64,000 nt of DNA, taken from NCBI GenBank assembly GCA_030141605.1, contig JAQGDQ010000084.1, positions 434,001 through 498,000 of the forward strand, read 5' to 3'. The stretch's first letter is position 1. Each line of letters starts with the position of its first letter. A program made the position numbers and the translations under genes. The notes under the pieces are model-generated. The model saw only the letters and a program-made list of their open reading frames with translations, was not told the origin of the DNA and ran no database searches. Below, piece by piece: positions 38,601 through 53,000 of this stretch. The stretch comes from Tubiluchus corallicola (Eukaryota; Animalia; Priapulida).

Positions 38601-41600
38601 AATTTTCCGAAGTTTATGGTTTCTCCGTGTTTGACGTAGATGTCTGCTTTGCCTCCGCTCTTTGCTCCCAGCACGCTCTTGCATTTAGGATAGCGGTGTT
38701 TTAGTTTTCCACTTCCAGTGATGTGGTCCGCATGCACATGAGTGTTCACTGTAATTACAAATTGATCTTGTTCTTAACAACCAAATAATGCTTATCAAGG
38801 CGTGCAGAATGCAAAACCAGTGATGGCTCGTAGCTAAAGTTAGTGGACGTGCTGCTTCGGAAAATTTTAAGCCATTGTTTTAATATTAACAAACATAAAA
38901 AAAGAAAATTTGTACATTTTTTACTTACTAATAGCCTAAATTCAAGTTAAATTAATCTAATTAATTAATTTATTAAGTTAATTTTTGTCTAAATTGATCC
39001 ATTAATTTAAAAACAAAATTCGACCTTTTTGTTTTGCTTTGCGCGAAAAGGTTAATAATTTTCTCCTTGATCAACACTGTGTGAGCGACAGTGCTTTCTC
39101 TACCTAGCGTACAGCTTCTTATCTCCGACATGTGCCCATGGCCGTATGTGCACAACAGCCAAACACCACGTTGCCGGAGATATGAAGCGCACAGTGCTGA
39201 AGCTGTGAAGCGCATAGTTCCTTCACATGATCTGGTTCCATATAAGGATTTACAAACATAAAGGAAGAACTAAACAAAAAAGACTTATTATATTGAATCT
39301 TAGCGATGATGTTGAGTGAAAATAGGGGGTGCTGCAGTTCCACAGTGCCTATACACGAGCCACCACCGTGCAAAGCAAAAAAGTTGTAACGAAAATTCTT
39401 ACAGCAAAAACTTGTATGCATTACACACTGGATAAAACTTTTTAACAATATCCTAGATGCAAACTAACTCAACCATCAACTGACAAAGTAAACACAAAGA
39501 AACTTTTATGGAAATAGATTTTTGAAAAGCGTAACTACTGCTTCAGTTTGTACTTCTGAAACTCATTGCTGGTTTCCACCAAATACTTTTAGTACTTGCT
39601 CAAGCAAGTAAACCAATTACTACCGAGGGAAGAGGATTGACTGGATGCAGCTAGCAAACTTCCAGGAATGATCCTTTATGCCATAATTACCCTTTTCACA
39701 GTTTTGTTGCATGCACATGTTGTTGTTGTAGCTCAAAAGTTAAGTGTACCACAGTAACGTGTGTTAACGACTGTCTGGTGACATATGGGTAAAGCAAAGA
39801 CATTTCCTGCATCAGTTCAGTAACTTCAATTGTTTTACATGGACTTTACTTAATTATGGATTGGTCTGTATATAGAGTGATTTACTAGCAGAATCTTGCT
39901 TGGAAACAAGAAAAAATGAACTAGGTAAGATTTTAGTTAGCTGTTAAAACTATTGCTATTATAACAGTATGGACTACAAGGCATTGTTTCAAGTGTACCC
40001 AAATGCATTGTCTGGTACACTTAAAACCTTTATCGTTTTCACGATCATCATCAATCACTGGAATTGTGAAAAGGTTTATTGTGTAATTAATACAGTAATG
40101 ACCGACAATAACTTTGCTATTTCTACTGTTACTGAAATAAATAATTGAAGAACATATAAAAGATACCTGCATAAATTAAGTCAAGTCCCAGTGAGTCAAT
40201 TTGTTCTTGGTCTCTTGCTACCTATAATGTATTAATCCTGTTTTACATAAATATATATATAAAACAGAGTACAATAGTACAAGTAGTGTGGCTATGTGCG
40301 GGTTTAATAAGAACAGAGTACAATACCTGTGCAACACCAGACATAATTATAGCAAGGCAGTGGTTCTTAACCTGGGGTCCTGGTACCCCCTGGCGGTACC
40401 AAACGCCGTCCCAGGGGTATACCAAACGCAGATCTGGTTTATCAAAAATTTAGCCCTGAAAGCGACTCAAAAAAGATATGTCTCAAAGCTAAACAAAGAG
40501 GATAAAGTAGTTGAACCCTAACCCATACTAAGTAAAGGTATGTCAATAGTTGAACATAAGGTATTAGGGAAGGTATAAGTGCATCAACCCCGTATAATAG
40601 TTAGAGGAAACCTGCTAACTCTCACGTGTACAATGAGTATGTGTCATACTCGATTTCTTTAATTCACACTCACACACGCGCATTCCGCAACTTCATAAGC
40701 AAGTTTGCAAAATCACCGAGCTTCCTATGCAATCAGCAACAACCATGACAAAATTAGTAGGACTGTTCTCAATCAGCCAGGACCGTTTACGAATCTCAGG
40801 ACGTACGTTATACTAAATGGTATTAAAATTGAAAGTTAAGTATTTCTAGGTGTTATTGAGATTTTTCCATGTATACAATAGAACATATTAAAGCATAGTG
40901 AGCTGCAATAACTGCATAAAAAAGCTCAGTAGTACCCAAAAATTGCTTTAATTTTTTTATTTTGGTTTAAAATTTTTTTGACTTTGACATCCAAAAGTGC
41001 AAAAATCTCCTGGCATTAATTTGCCACAGATGTGAGATGGATACCAGGGCTTTACCGTTTCAAATACTGGATCTATGAGGATCGCTTCTTTCGTCTCTTT
41101 GTCGGCAAGTAAATATGTGTAGGTCCACGATGACTCTTCAAACAACTGAAAAATAATTAAAACGATTTTTTAAAACTAACTGTATTAAAAGGTAATTAGA
41201 CCATGTATGTTGACTGCCATTAGTAACAACTGTGTTAACATTTAAAGTGACTGCACTTACAGCATTTCAGTTTAAAACAGCATTTTCGTTTATTTCATAC
41301 ATTTTGTCGTTATCAAAACAAGAAAGAGGAAATATGTCAGTAGCAAAACATGCAGTATCTAGCGGTCCACAAGCTCAATGTGCCCTTGACGAAGTGGTGA
41401 TAAAATGACACTCAGGCGATTAAAATTATCCGTTTGCCATTCGCGTACGTGTGTCATTGAAAATTGTGGACGATTTGTAGTCTATTTTACCTTTTCACTG
41501 GATACCTTTTTACCTATTTTACCTTTACCTACTCGATCCACGGGTACGTTAAAAAACAGAGAAATGCAGAGACTATAAAGTGCACGCGTTAATTAATACC

Positions 41601-41765
41601 CACCATGCACTATTGTTTTAACGAAAAGTTCCTTTCGATAAGAAATTAATTTTACCATTGAGCCTGAAATTATTAATGCGTTTTGTGTCGAAAAAAGTTA
41701 TTATTAAAATAATTACTTGTTCAAGCACTTACTTGTCTAAATTCTAGGTCTTTGCAGCCAAGCAT
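32689..41765 (-). CDS. ETHE1: ETHE1 persulfide (sulfur) dioxygenase, metallo-beta-lactamase fold, 242 aa, 8 coding exons
   Basis: Minus-strand exons 41765-41733, 41145-41056, 40221-40167, 38748-38600, 37516-37480, 36024-35842, 34122-34006, 32753-32689 (TAA); all GT-AG and phase-consistent (729 nt). Motifs [87 protein letters not shown]. Confidence 0.96.
34202..34731. mobile_element. TTAA-type (Kolobok-like) MITE; partial sibling at about 35400-35550
   Basis: (C)TAA-AGGAAAGGACAA...TTGACCTTTCCT-TTAA inverted ends. Confidence 0.55.
36157..36398 (+). mobile_element. MITE family A internally deleted copy
   Basis: Left part and right terminus (TTTGCAAGCACACA) joined at about 36340. Confidence 0.75.
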
Positions 41766-44021
41766 TGTGCCACGTTTCAGTCTTTTTCAACCTGCTAGTG
41801 CTACTAATTCGCCGAGTTGAAACTTATACTCTTCGTCATCAATAAATCACGCATATCGTACAAGGTTATAACATGGTTTATATATACGTGCTATTAGGAT
41901 AATGTGCATAAATCGTTTAAACAGCGCATGCGTTCTAGTAACGAACTAACATGAATATTTATTTAGTACTTTTTGTTCATATCAGTCAGTTGATAACGGA
42001 AGCAAACTTTAGCAAGGTGCTCCTGTGACATACCAAAAAATAAGAATTTTAGAGTTGCAACTCTCGTTGCCAGGGTAAAATTTAACAGCGTTGAAATACT
42101 ATGGTTACAGAACAATCCATGATCGATAGTAGTATTATAATACAGAGATAATATCTAATTCTGAATGATACGAATATGAATATACTTAATAATAAAAACC
42201 AGAATAAAGAAACGTTAATTGGAATTTCAATTCACCCTCACTGTATGGACGCTTTAAGAGAAAAAACAAACGGTGAAATTCGTCACGAATTGACATTTAA
42301 TTTGACGTTAATTAATAAGACTTTAGTGGATTCGCTAATAGCACAGAAAATACGCGAAAGAATATAAACACAGTTTAAACACCACGTGTATATGAAATTA
42401 CAAAAGAAACAACGCAAAATCACTATAATTATATAGTTACAAGTGCGGTAGAATGTGTACAAGCCTGTAATTTCTCGCTGAAAAACCGGCCTGTTTGAGG
42501 TACATTAAAGCAAGAAGGCAAAAAATTAAACCGTTTGTGGCGTGTTATCACAAGATAGGAATTAAGAGAAAATCGTTGTGTAAATTAGATAACTGATGAA
42601 CTTAAGAATTGTATTTTTGCTGAGTTAATAATTATGTCATAATAAATTAATTATAATTTGAAGACCGTTAAAATCAACTAATAAAGTACATGGTGAGAAA
42701 GCACTTTTAATATGTTATGAAGGGAAGTCCATCAATCTTTAAATTAACGTACTTATTAATATTTTTTTGTTAGTTTTGAAGCTGATTCAACAAAGCTGGT
42801 TCATATTTTTTAGCTTTGCTTATTGTTGTTAAACGCTGTTTTAACTTAGAGGAAGTACATAGCAATAGTATAAAATTAATATCAGATTCAATATTACAGG
42901 TTTTGTGTAAATTAACAAGACAAATGACTACAAATAAGAAAGAATTGCATTGCAAAACGTATTTCACTTAACTTCAAAAGTAAATTTTATAACAGCATAT
43001 GCATTGTGGTAATCCATAAAAAGTTTTGCAATTACATTTTGAACAGGCTGAGCACAAGGTATCGTTTGTATACTAACATAACATAACTTCTATAAATTAT
43101 ACATAATGAAGCCAATGTTAAAAAAAAAATCAGATTAAATTTGTTCTATAAATACATTAGCAAGAGCAAGCGATAAATGACTGCCCACAAAATTGCTTAT
43201 ATGACCATAGCACAAACTAAATGCCGTTAATTGAAAACAGGAATTTTCCTATCTGACAGCAGTTAACTGAAGTGTGGGTTCTTTGAGTGGAGTATTTAGT
43301 TATGTGCAGAATTGTGTGTCTGCGTACGTGGTTGTTTGTATTTCTGTCCGCACAGTAAAATCAAAACTGGCGAAGTTATAAGCAGTCAAACAGGGATAGG
43401 CTTGGTCAAGAGTTGGAGACCAATTAATGATTCCGCATTCGAACACTTAAAGGTCAAGCTAGGCCACATAACTGAAAACGCTTATGAAATAAGATAGGTG
43501 AAACACTGAAATTACAGTCACCACACTCGGATTGATGCAAACATTATAATAATTTTTTTTACTTTGTTCGCATTAATGATATTTCGATTTGAACTGGGTC
43601 AAGTACTAGAAATGTGCCTGACGACAACAAGCAAAATAAACTATAATTACCATTATAAACAGCAACAATAATTAACAAACCAAAAAAAATCGTAAAGGAC
43701 CGCTTTTATTCATTGCAAAACAGGACGTATAATTCACATGAATAATTCTGGATTATCTAGTTTTTTGTAATGCTCACTCCTTTCTTTTTTTCAGTTGCTG
43801 TAAAGTTTAATCATCTCCAATGTGTCAAAGCTGAACTGTTGATCGGTGGCTTTGGCGTTGAGGATGATAGCAAATCGTCTTGAGCGGTCTTCCAAGGTGT
43901 CTGTTTATCATGCAACTTTCTAAAATGCGCGTTCAGCTGCATGAGCCAATTTAACAACGTAAATTTCTCGAAGTTTTTAATAAGCCAGTAATCTTGAGCC
44001 GTATGAACTATTTACCATACG
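41766..44021. promoter_or_regulatory. Divergent intergenic/promoter region between ETHE1 and PAXBP1
   Basis: Head-to-head start codons about 2.26 kb apart; CpG-richer patches near 41.8-42.1 kb and 43.8-44.0 kb. Confidence 0.5.
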
Positions 44022-47000
44022 ATGTCGGAGAGAACCGTCTTTAAAAAACCAAAACGTAATTTTATTCGGCAGAGAAAATATGATTCGAGCGAATCGGACG
44101 AGGAATATGCGCAAGAAAGTTACTCGCAAGTTAATGATGTTGATCCTGCTGAAGGTGTCATTCCAGTAATTAAAAAGACGAAGAAAAAGGTGAGGACTTT
44201 ATTGGAATTAGAGCATTTGGGTCTCCAGAATATATTCTGAACACGTAAAAGTTTTTGGATCGAGACTCAAAAATTGTACCACTAAATTTGCAATTTGGTG
44301 CACTGTTGTCTACACAGCCGGTATTATATACAGTGACAGTGTGCTAGCTAACAAACGGTAAATGATTACTCCTGTATTTGATACCATAAATCATAAACTT
44401 GTTTTTTAACTTTAAACTCGAGGCTTAATTTCGTAGAGCTCTTTTCAACTCAGTAGTATAATTATTACAGTATGACATATAGTGCATATAAATTATAATG
44501 ATATAATATGCATTGTCAAGAATGAACTTGAAATGTTAGGTACAATTTAACTTTTATATTCTTGATATATCATTTTAGTATTACTAATTAAGTGTACAAA
44601 ATATGGCATAATTAAATTTTTTACTGAATTATTAATCATAATAAAATGGGCAACTGATATCACATCAAAAGCAGATATTTTGTCAGTGTAAGAAATAGTA
44701 ATTTACTGCAGCCTGCTCAGGCAAGTAAAATTATTCTACTTCAAAGGTATTGCTGTTAGATGGCAAGTTTAGGAAGGTTTTTTCACAGCTTGAAAGTACT
44801 ATTTTATTCCATAAATTTGTTTATTAAATAATTAGATATCTTACTAGAGATTGTTATATTATTATCATCTTCATCATCATCATCATTAAATGTTATTACA
44901 TTATGCTTCGTTGTAATAAAGTGCTTTAGGCTTATCCTTACCCTGCATTCACTCGTCGTATTGCTCGAGGCTTATATATAATAATGTATTTGCTTTTGAA
45001 TAATTTCAGTTCATTTTTTCAGGGTGTTCCATAAAAATGGGTTGAACACTTGATGTCTTTTATACCCAAAATTGGCTGCAAAATGTCACAGATTTAATGA
45101 TTATAAGTCAAAGTAAAGCAAACTTTAATTAAATTAATAAATAATAATTATTTGTTGTGTATCGTAAATATCAATTACTAATTTATTTGTTGTCTAAATT
45201 AGGTAAAAAAGAACAGTATAGATTCGAATGAGTCAAATAAGAAGGACCAGCCAAAGTTGCTCGTTTCGTTTGGAGAAGATGAAGAGGACACTACGGAGTT
45301 TTTCAAAGTTAAAAAGTCTAGTCTGAGTCGAAAAATTGCTAAGCAGTCCAAGAGGGAGAAGAGTATGTAATTTGTTATATTTGTTGCTGTGAAATCTAAT
45401 GTTATCTAATTTTATAACCCATTTTTCTGTCTAGAAATTAGTTGCAATTATAAAATTTACAAACTCTGATTGTAAACAAATCATGAGAGTTGCATAGCGT
45501 GTTAAAAAACTTCCAATTTCTGTGATTTGGATTTTCTCATGACCCGAATCATTAACTGTAAACAAAGTGAGATTGAATTAACTTCTCTCGTTTTTATTAG
45601 AACAGCTAGAAAGGCCTGGGACAGACATCTCGTACAATATATATTCATTTTCATAAGATGCATTTGTGGAAGTTGTTTTAATCTGGCTTTAGTATTCTTT
45701 ATGAGTTTGTAACTGCAGCAACTGTCTCCGCTGATTGTTGGCTATAAGTTATTCGTAGGCATCAGGGATGTGCTGACTGGTGTGTTGTTGGTTGTGAGGG
45801 CTTAGATACCTTTCCCACAGCTGGTGCATCCTGTTGTTGGGATGTCAGTGGTGCTAGTTAGTGTCCATGAAGTTTTATGAATTTCCAAGCCAGTTGTAAG
45901 TCAAAGTTTGCCTAGTGACTCACCTTACTCACAACTCACCTTCGTGGCGAGTAAACCCTGATTTCCATCTCTTGCACCAGTCTCTCATCCACTGAGTAGC
46001 TAGCCAAAAAACACCCTTGTCCAGTTATTCTTTGTTGGTTTACTCCCCTCCCAATATACCAAACTGGTATTAAAATAGGTTTTTCGCACGGAGTTCAGAA
46101 TCAAGTTTATGTTTGAAGCTATTTACATTATTTGTGGCTCACTAATGATTCCGGTAACGAGTTCCACAGAATCACTTCGGGTTGTGAAAAACTATGCAGA
46201 TACTTTTCAGTATTGACCCTATGCTTGAACAATTTAGCACTATACTCACGTGTGATGCTTCTATTGAGTGTAAAAAACTGATTTGCATGGGTGTCATTAA
46301 ATCCCTCAAGAATCTTGAACATTTCAATAAGTCTCCCCCTACGTCTTCTTGCAGAAAGTCGATACATGTCTAATTTTTGCATTTTTTGTGAGTATGAGAG
46401 TCCTTCAAGACCTATGATCATGTCCACAGCTCGTGCTTGTACCTGCTCGAGAGCACGGATGCCCTTGAGATAGTAAAGGTCCCATACCTGACTGACGTAT
46501 TCGAGATGAGCACGAACAAGAGATTTGTATACTTGGAGAATTATCTCGGCTCTTCTGGAAGTTATGGTTCTACCGATTAACCCAAGGATCTTATTACTCT
46601 TAGTAATTTTCTTAGAGACATGACTGTGAAAATTTAGTTTGCTATCTACTAACAGTCCAAGATCCACCTCCTCAGTGACTACAGGCAAATCAACATCATC
46701 AAAGCTGTATGTGGCTAGATTGGTCTGATTACCCATATGCATCACCTTGCATTTGCCATCAAGTGTGTTAAATTCCATCTACCATTTATTTATCAGCCCA
46801 TGCACAGATTTGGTGCAAGTCTTTTTGACACTGTCTCACTTACATAGAAAAACACATTGGATATGCTAATTTGGTATCGTCAGCAAACTTGAGTAACATT
46901 GTAGTAGATGGCATTAGATTTTCACTATAGCATGCTGTCGTGATTATTATTTTACATTGGGATTTGATGGTGGTGATTTCTGTAATTATTGTGACAGTAA

Positions 47001-50000
47001 ATCATTAAACGTTAACGATCTCTTGCCTTTATTTAAAGACAATGTTAGATAAATGCCCTTGCCGAAATTTCTACACCTTATCACCTTGGCAGTGTATCTC
47101 ATGCAATGAAAAAAAGACATTCCAGTAACATTACATTTTCTAATAATACAAAATGAATCATCCTGTCTTTGGCGACATTAACCAGCCTACCAGAAGCCCA
47201 AGGGTAAACGCGATACCAAAGCCAGGAAACTCACGAGGTCAGCGCAGAGAACTGCCTCGATTACGAAATACGATAGCGAACGACAACCCGGAAATACAAC
47301 CGGAAGTGATAGCAAATTGACATCTAATTTTTTACTTTTTCATTAGCTGGTATTTAAATTGGTAGATTTATCAATCACCAATAAACTGCTATGCAGGTAT
47401 GCTTTGTGTGATATTTGTATCTTCTTGTCCCTGCAGTGTTACATTTAACTGTTTTTATGTCACCAGGCTACAACTATGAATAGGTTATGAAATGTGATTT
47501 TTTTCAATAGGAGCTGACAAGTCTTCAGCTATGCCTGAAGTGAACACGCAGCAATCATTGCCAGGCGAATACAGTGACATTAAGATAAAGGAACTGAAGT
47601 CGCTTGTTAAACCAAAGCCGGACTTTGAAAATGGTTAGAATTTAAAGATTTTCACATCTTTGTGTCAAACATTGATAAATGTTCCTGTGCATTGCTCTGT
47701 GTAAGGCCGGCTTTAAAAAAATTTGTTTCTGCCTTACCTCATGACCGTCAAAAGATGTCAGTAGGGACTGAGGAAAAATTTTTTTTAAAAAAAACTTTTT
47801 TAAAGTTTTGTCAATGCTTAAAGCTGAATCGTAGAATATTTAAAATCAGTTGAAATCAAAGTTTTGTTTTTTTCCCACTGGTTAACAGTAATGTTTTAAA
47901 TGTTTTCAATGCACTTTGTTTTTAGTTTTGCATTACTAAATTATCGTATAATTATCGATTATTGTATAGTCTCTTTTTGTATCATGAATGCAGGTATGTT
48001 CTGATATTTATGGTATAAGCAGCAACAAAACTCGGCCATTAAAATTCGATACAATGAACATCATACAAGTGAAAACTGGTTTCTAAATACATGCTTATTT
48101 ATGACGGTGTGCACATGTGTGTGTGTGCGCGAGAGTGCATGTATGTGTGCTCGCATGTGTGTTCAGTTAAAACTAATATTTAATATTAGTACTGAATAGT
48201 GAACAAGGATTTGTTTATTACAAGATTCTGTTTTAGTAACACACCACACGAAGTTATTGTCAAATGTGCAAATGTCAATGTCGCCTAGTTAAGAAGCAAC
48301 TAAGTAGTGAAAGGGTTAATGACGAAATCACTCACAATCAAAATATTTTAAGAAGGCTTAATGGCCTGTTCCCGCCAAGTAACTCACAAGTGTGTTCAGA
48401 CCAGAGTGCAAAAGTTGTTGCGAGTTACTCTCCTACAGTAACTACGAGCTGACACTCAGTTCTCTATTCAATGCCAGAAACTTGCCAAGTAACTCGCAAG
48501 AGTGCTCAGACTAGAGAGCAAGTTTTGCTGCGAGTTACTCTCCTACAGTAAGCGTGAGCTGACGTTCACTTTTCTATTTGCTGCGAGAACTGTCGAGAGT
48601 AACTCATAAGTGTGTTCAGACTAGAGTACAAAACTTGCTGTGACAGTAAGCTTAAGCTCACATTCACTTTTGTGTCATTTCCCAATTGCGAGTTTGCTGT
48701 TAGAAATTCACCAGTCTGAATGTGCCGTAACATCATGAAAAACTTTCTTATTTTTTCTAATTTTTAGAAGTCGAGATTCAAATTCCCGAAGAAGAAGAAA
48801 GTCCGGAGGTACCGTTTATGAGCGTGTTAGAAACCGGTATCATACCCGATGCAAGAACTATATATGAGTTAAAGAAAAAACGTGAACAAGCACGTCAGCA
48901 GGGCAATGCCATGGCAGCTGCGGATTTTATATCCATTGAGAGAGAAGAAAAGGCTGAGAAATCTCGATTAATTAGGTTGATATTGATAAATTATTTTGCT
49001 ATAATTATTATTGCAACTCCAGTAGAGTAAATACAATGCATGTTAGTGATGGGCGATGTTGAAATTTTCTAATTCGATTACAATCTTGTTCTTGAAATTC
49101 GGTATCACGATTAATCTTTTGCGGCAGTATTTTAGTAATAGTCATATTTTTTAGTCATACTTTTTTAGTCATATTTTTTAGTCATACTTTTTTAGTCATA
49201 TTTTTAGTCATGTTTTTTTTAGTCATATTTTTCAAACATTACAGCACTGAAATATAGCATATCTTCATGGCTTTCGTCGCTGTCTGCCCTTTTTGTAGTT
49301 TAACTATTTTTGTAGTAACTATTTTTTATAGACATAAACTACTTTTATAGACACACACATTCATTAACTACTCTATTACTACGTCAACTACATGTCATGT
49401 GAAAATTAATAAAAAGCCCCAGTTTGCAACACTGCGGTTTGCAATTGTGTGCATTGTGTAAGATGAGAAAAACAAAGAAAAAACGTAAGTACTCCATTTA
49501 TTTGTGTTAAAACACTGCATTTTAGTCAGTGTGTAACAGGTGTATTTTGCTCTCGATTAACTGAATTACTGTTCAATCTCCGATTATATCGATTTATACT
49601 TGGTTGTAATCTCGATTAATCTATTAATCGTCCATCAGTAACGAATGTGCAATATGCAAGTAAATTTTGCAAACTGTAGAACATGTTCTTTCCTCCAATC
49701 TAATAAGTTTAACCATTTCTGCGATTTTATTCAAAATCCACAACCAATAATAGCGTATTCGCAGGATATCCTATATCTAGATGTCTACCGATCAGGAATT
49801 TTTGAAACTTATCCGATCCGATATATTTTTGTTTTGTGTAAACTTTTTCCCGATCATATATCGATCACTACTGTACAGTGTTCCCTCACTTATCGCAGGT
49901 GTTCCGTTCCAGGCCCACCCGCGATAAGTGAATTTCCGCGAAGTAGGGACGCTATATTTATTTTAGTAGTTATACACCCTCCCCACACTCTTATACATAA

Positions 50001-53000
50001 CCCTTTCCCATTCCCTTAATAACTTTTCCCATGCTGTACATGTACCTTTTAAAAAACTTTACTTAAATGTTCATAAAAATGTTCACAATCAACCAATCTT
50101 GTATTGTGTACAATCTCACGTCGGCAAGTGGCATCTCAAGCGGGCGCAAGTACTACATTTCGTTTTTGGTGTGTATTCATCTGCCGAATAAATACACTAT
50201 TTACTGCAAATCTATACATTACTGTACAATACGTACTACGCATGTGCAAAAATACTTTAGACAGAGTACCGCAAAAACGAACCGCGAAGTAGCGAGGGAA
50301 CACTGTATAGTTGTGATTTTTCCTCTGAACACATCACATTCGAAAATTTATGCTATTGGTATAGTTTGCAAATTCTTAGTACAGTTAACTCCGCATACTC
50401 AAAATCGCATAATTCGAATTTTCGCCTAACTCAAATAAAACAATATTACATATAATACATGTAATTTACTTCGCCTAACTCAAAAATACGCACAAACTAA
50501 ACTGCAGTATGTAAGATATTGACAACACTGTCATATTGTTCAACAGTATTGTTTACATGTCCTTTTGTAACATAAAATAATCGTGTTTCACTACATAATT
50601 TGTTATTCTTTATGTAATTGTCATTAAATCTCGTCATTTATGTATAGAAAGGTTGACTTTCTGCCTTCTATTAAGCTCGCCATCTGGAGGAGATTTTTAG
50701 AGTTTCTAAGCTGGAAAATGGTCAACTGCGGTTTCTGTGCCGCGGAAAATGGTTAACTTCATCTAACTCAAAGTTTTTTTCGGTCCAGTTGCATTTGAGT
50801 CATGCGGATTTTACTGTAGCAACAAAAAGAAAATGAATTAGTACAATTACTCTACAATACTTTGCTTCCTTTTCTTTTTTATTAGTATTGCTGCTCTTTA
50901 AAATAAGCACTTTTTGTGATGTCAGCAGTTCTTGCCTATACCTTGTAGATGTCTGATCAGATTTGTGGTGTTGAATGAAGGCTCATTTTTCCCCCAGAGA
51001 CTTTTCACAGTTTCTGATCTTTCGGAAAAATTCCCCATCATAAACACACAACACAATACGTACAGGTACAGTATCTTCGCAAATTTGCAGACTTGCGGAT
51101 TTGTGGTCATTAGGTTATGGAATCCGTAATCATTTTGCAGATTTGTGGATTGTGGATAGTGAATTATTTTACTGCAGATTTTTAAACCCGAAAATCCCGG
51201 ATTTTGCACAAAATTGTTGCATGCAAAATCCACTTATGTAAAGTAAATTTTCAAGTGTTTGTAAAAAAGTTTCCCAGTTTCAGCTTGTTAAGCATTCTCT
51301 TCAGCATTAAAAGGCTTTAATGCACTAATCATCACTACTTTAATTTAAGATGTCCTCATCACCTCTTGCCTTTTACTGCATCCTGATATTTTACCTAGAA
51401 ATTCCTAGACACAAATCATTACTCATAATTGCAAATATTATAGTTTTTTACTCGAGCCTATTATGGTTTGTAGAGTGAAGGGCATCATATGGTCGAGTGA
51501 TGTACTATGTACATCGTTCTGATTGAGTCGTCGTTGAAGGTTTGTACAAGCAAAATTGGGGTCTCGCTAGTAATGTATCATTGTTTCGCTGTAATAACTG
51601 TAATATAACTATAATAACTATAATATATTTCATACATGGAAATGGTTTTAACAAGGGCACACATAGCAAGCCTAGTTAATTTGTTGCAAATTTAATGAGA
51701 TTCAAATTTCACTCAATCTGGGGCTTTTGCGGATGCGGATAAGTACAGTTACAGATGAGGATATGAACAATTACGGATTGTGTGGTTGCATATAAACGAG
51801 AAAGTGTTAACCGGCCATCTCTGACGTGTATTTGATGCTTTCATGAAACCGCTTGAAATTTTGGAAAAGCAGAAGCAAAACATTAACTAATAAATCTAGT
51901 TTCATTTGACGCATAGTCTAATTTAAATTTTAAGGACAAAGGTCAGTTATCAGTGCAAATCAGACAAGCAAGTTTTCTGATCATATCTTGGATCTGTTTC
52001 CCAATACCATTCGATTAAGCATTTCTAATTTAGTTGAATTCAGTGAGAATTCACACAACTTTTTGAATAATAAAAATACTCTGTGTTTACAGGGAAGATG
52101 ACAATGACCACAGTGATGATGACGACGACTGCAAACGTATGGGCTTTTCCACCAACGAAGCCGCCGAACAGCGCAGAGCAGTGCGGGCAAACTTTTTGGC
52201 AGTCGAGCACGGAGACTCGGATGAAGAACGGGATGAGGAATTTGACCAGTGGGAGAAAGAGCAGATTCGTAAAGGTGTCAGTATTCCTCAGGTGTGTTCA
52301 CGCTTCCAGTTTTATCATCTAATGTAATATTAGTTTGTATCTTTGACCAACCATGGCCATTTGACCAACCATAGCCACTTGATCAACCATAGCCATTTGA
52401 CCAGCCATAGCCATCTGCCATATTAGAAAACACGGACATTTGAAGTTACCAGAAATCGTTTTCTAGCATGTTCTGACAATGACTGGACAATGATATCATT
52501 ATTATTTCATTTCTGTAGTCAGTGCCACCCCACCTCCCAACCCAAGCAAAAATGTAATGATTAGCAAAAAAAGTGATAGCAGCCTGTCATCCTTGTTAAA
52601 CTGCTAAAAAATTATATTAATTCGTAATGTGTTACATGATTTTACTGTAATGTAATGTAAAATGTAATGTAAAATTTATCAACACAGCACATTACATCAT
52701 TTAAAATGTCAGCACGCTGAACAATAAAATACATTTAAAATCCGTAAGATACGTGAAATTTTAAAAGACATTAAAAATTAAAAATAATTCATCATAAAAT
52801 TTACAATCTAAACAAATGTGTTTTAAGATGTTGTTTAAAACAATCTAATGAATTTGTAGAACATATAGCAACGGGTAAGTTATTCCAGAGACGTGGAGCT
52901 CAGACAGAAAAAGCTTATTCACCATAGAATACTGTATTAGGAATAATGTGTTTTAACATCTACTGTGTTGAGTGCGAGGTACTTTTATTGTATTTATCAC

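Noticed and set aside
40440-40630. Possible mitochondrial insertion (NUMT)
   Set aside because: The composition was suggestive, but I found no recognisable mitochondrial protein or RNA in the frames I read.
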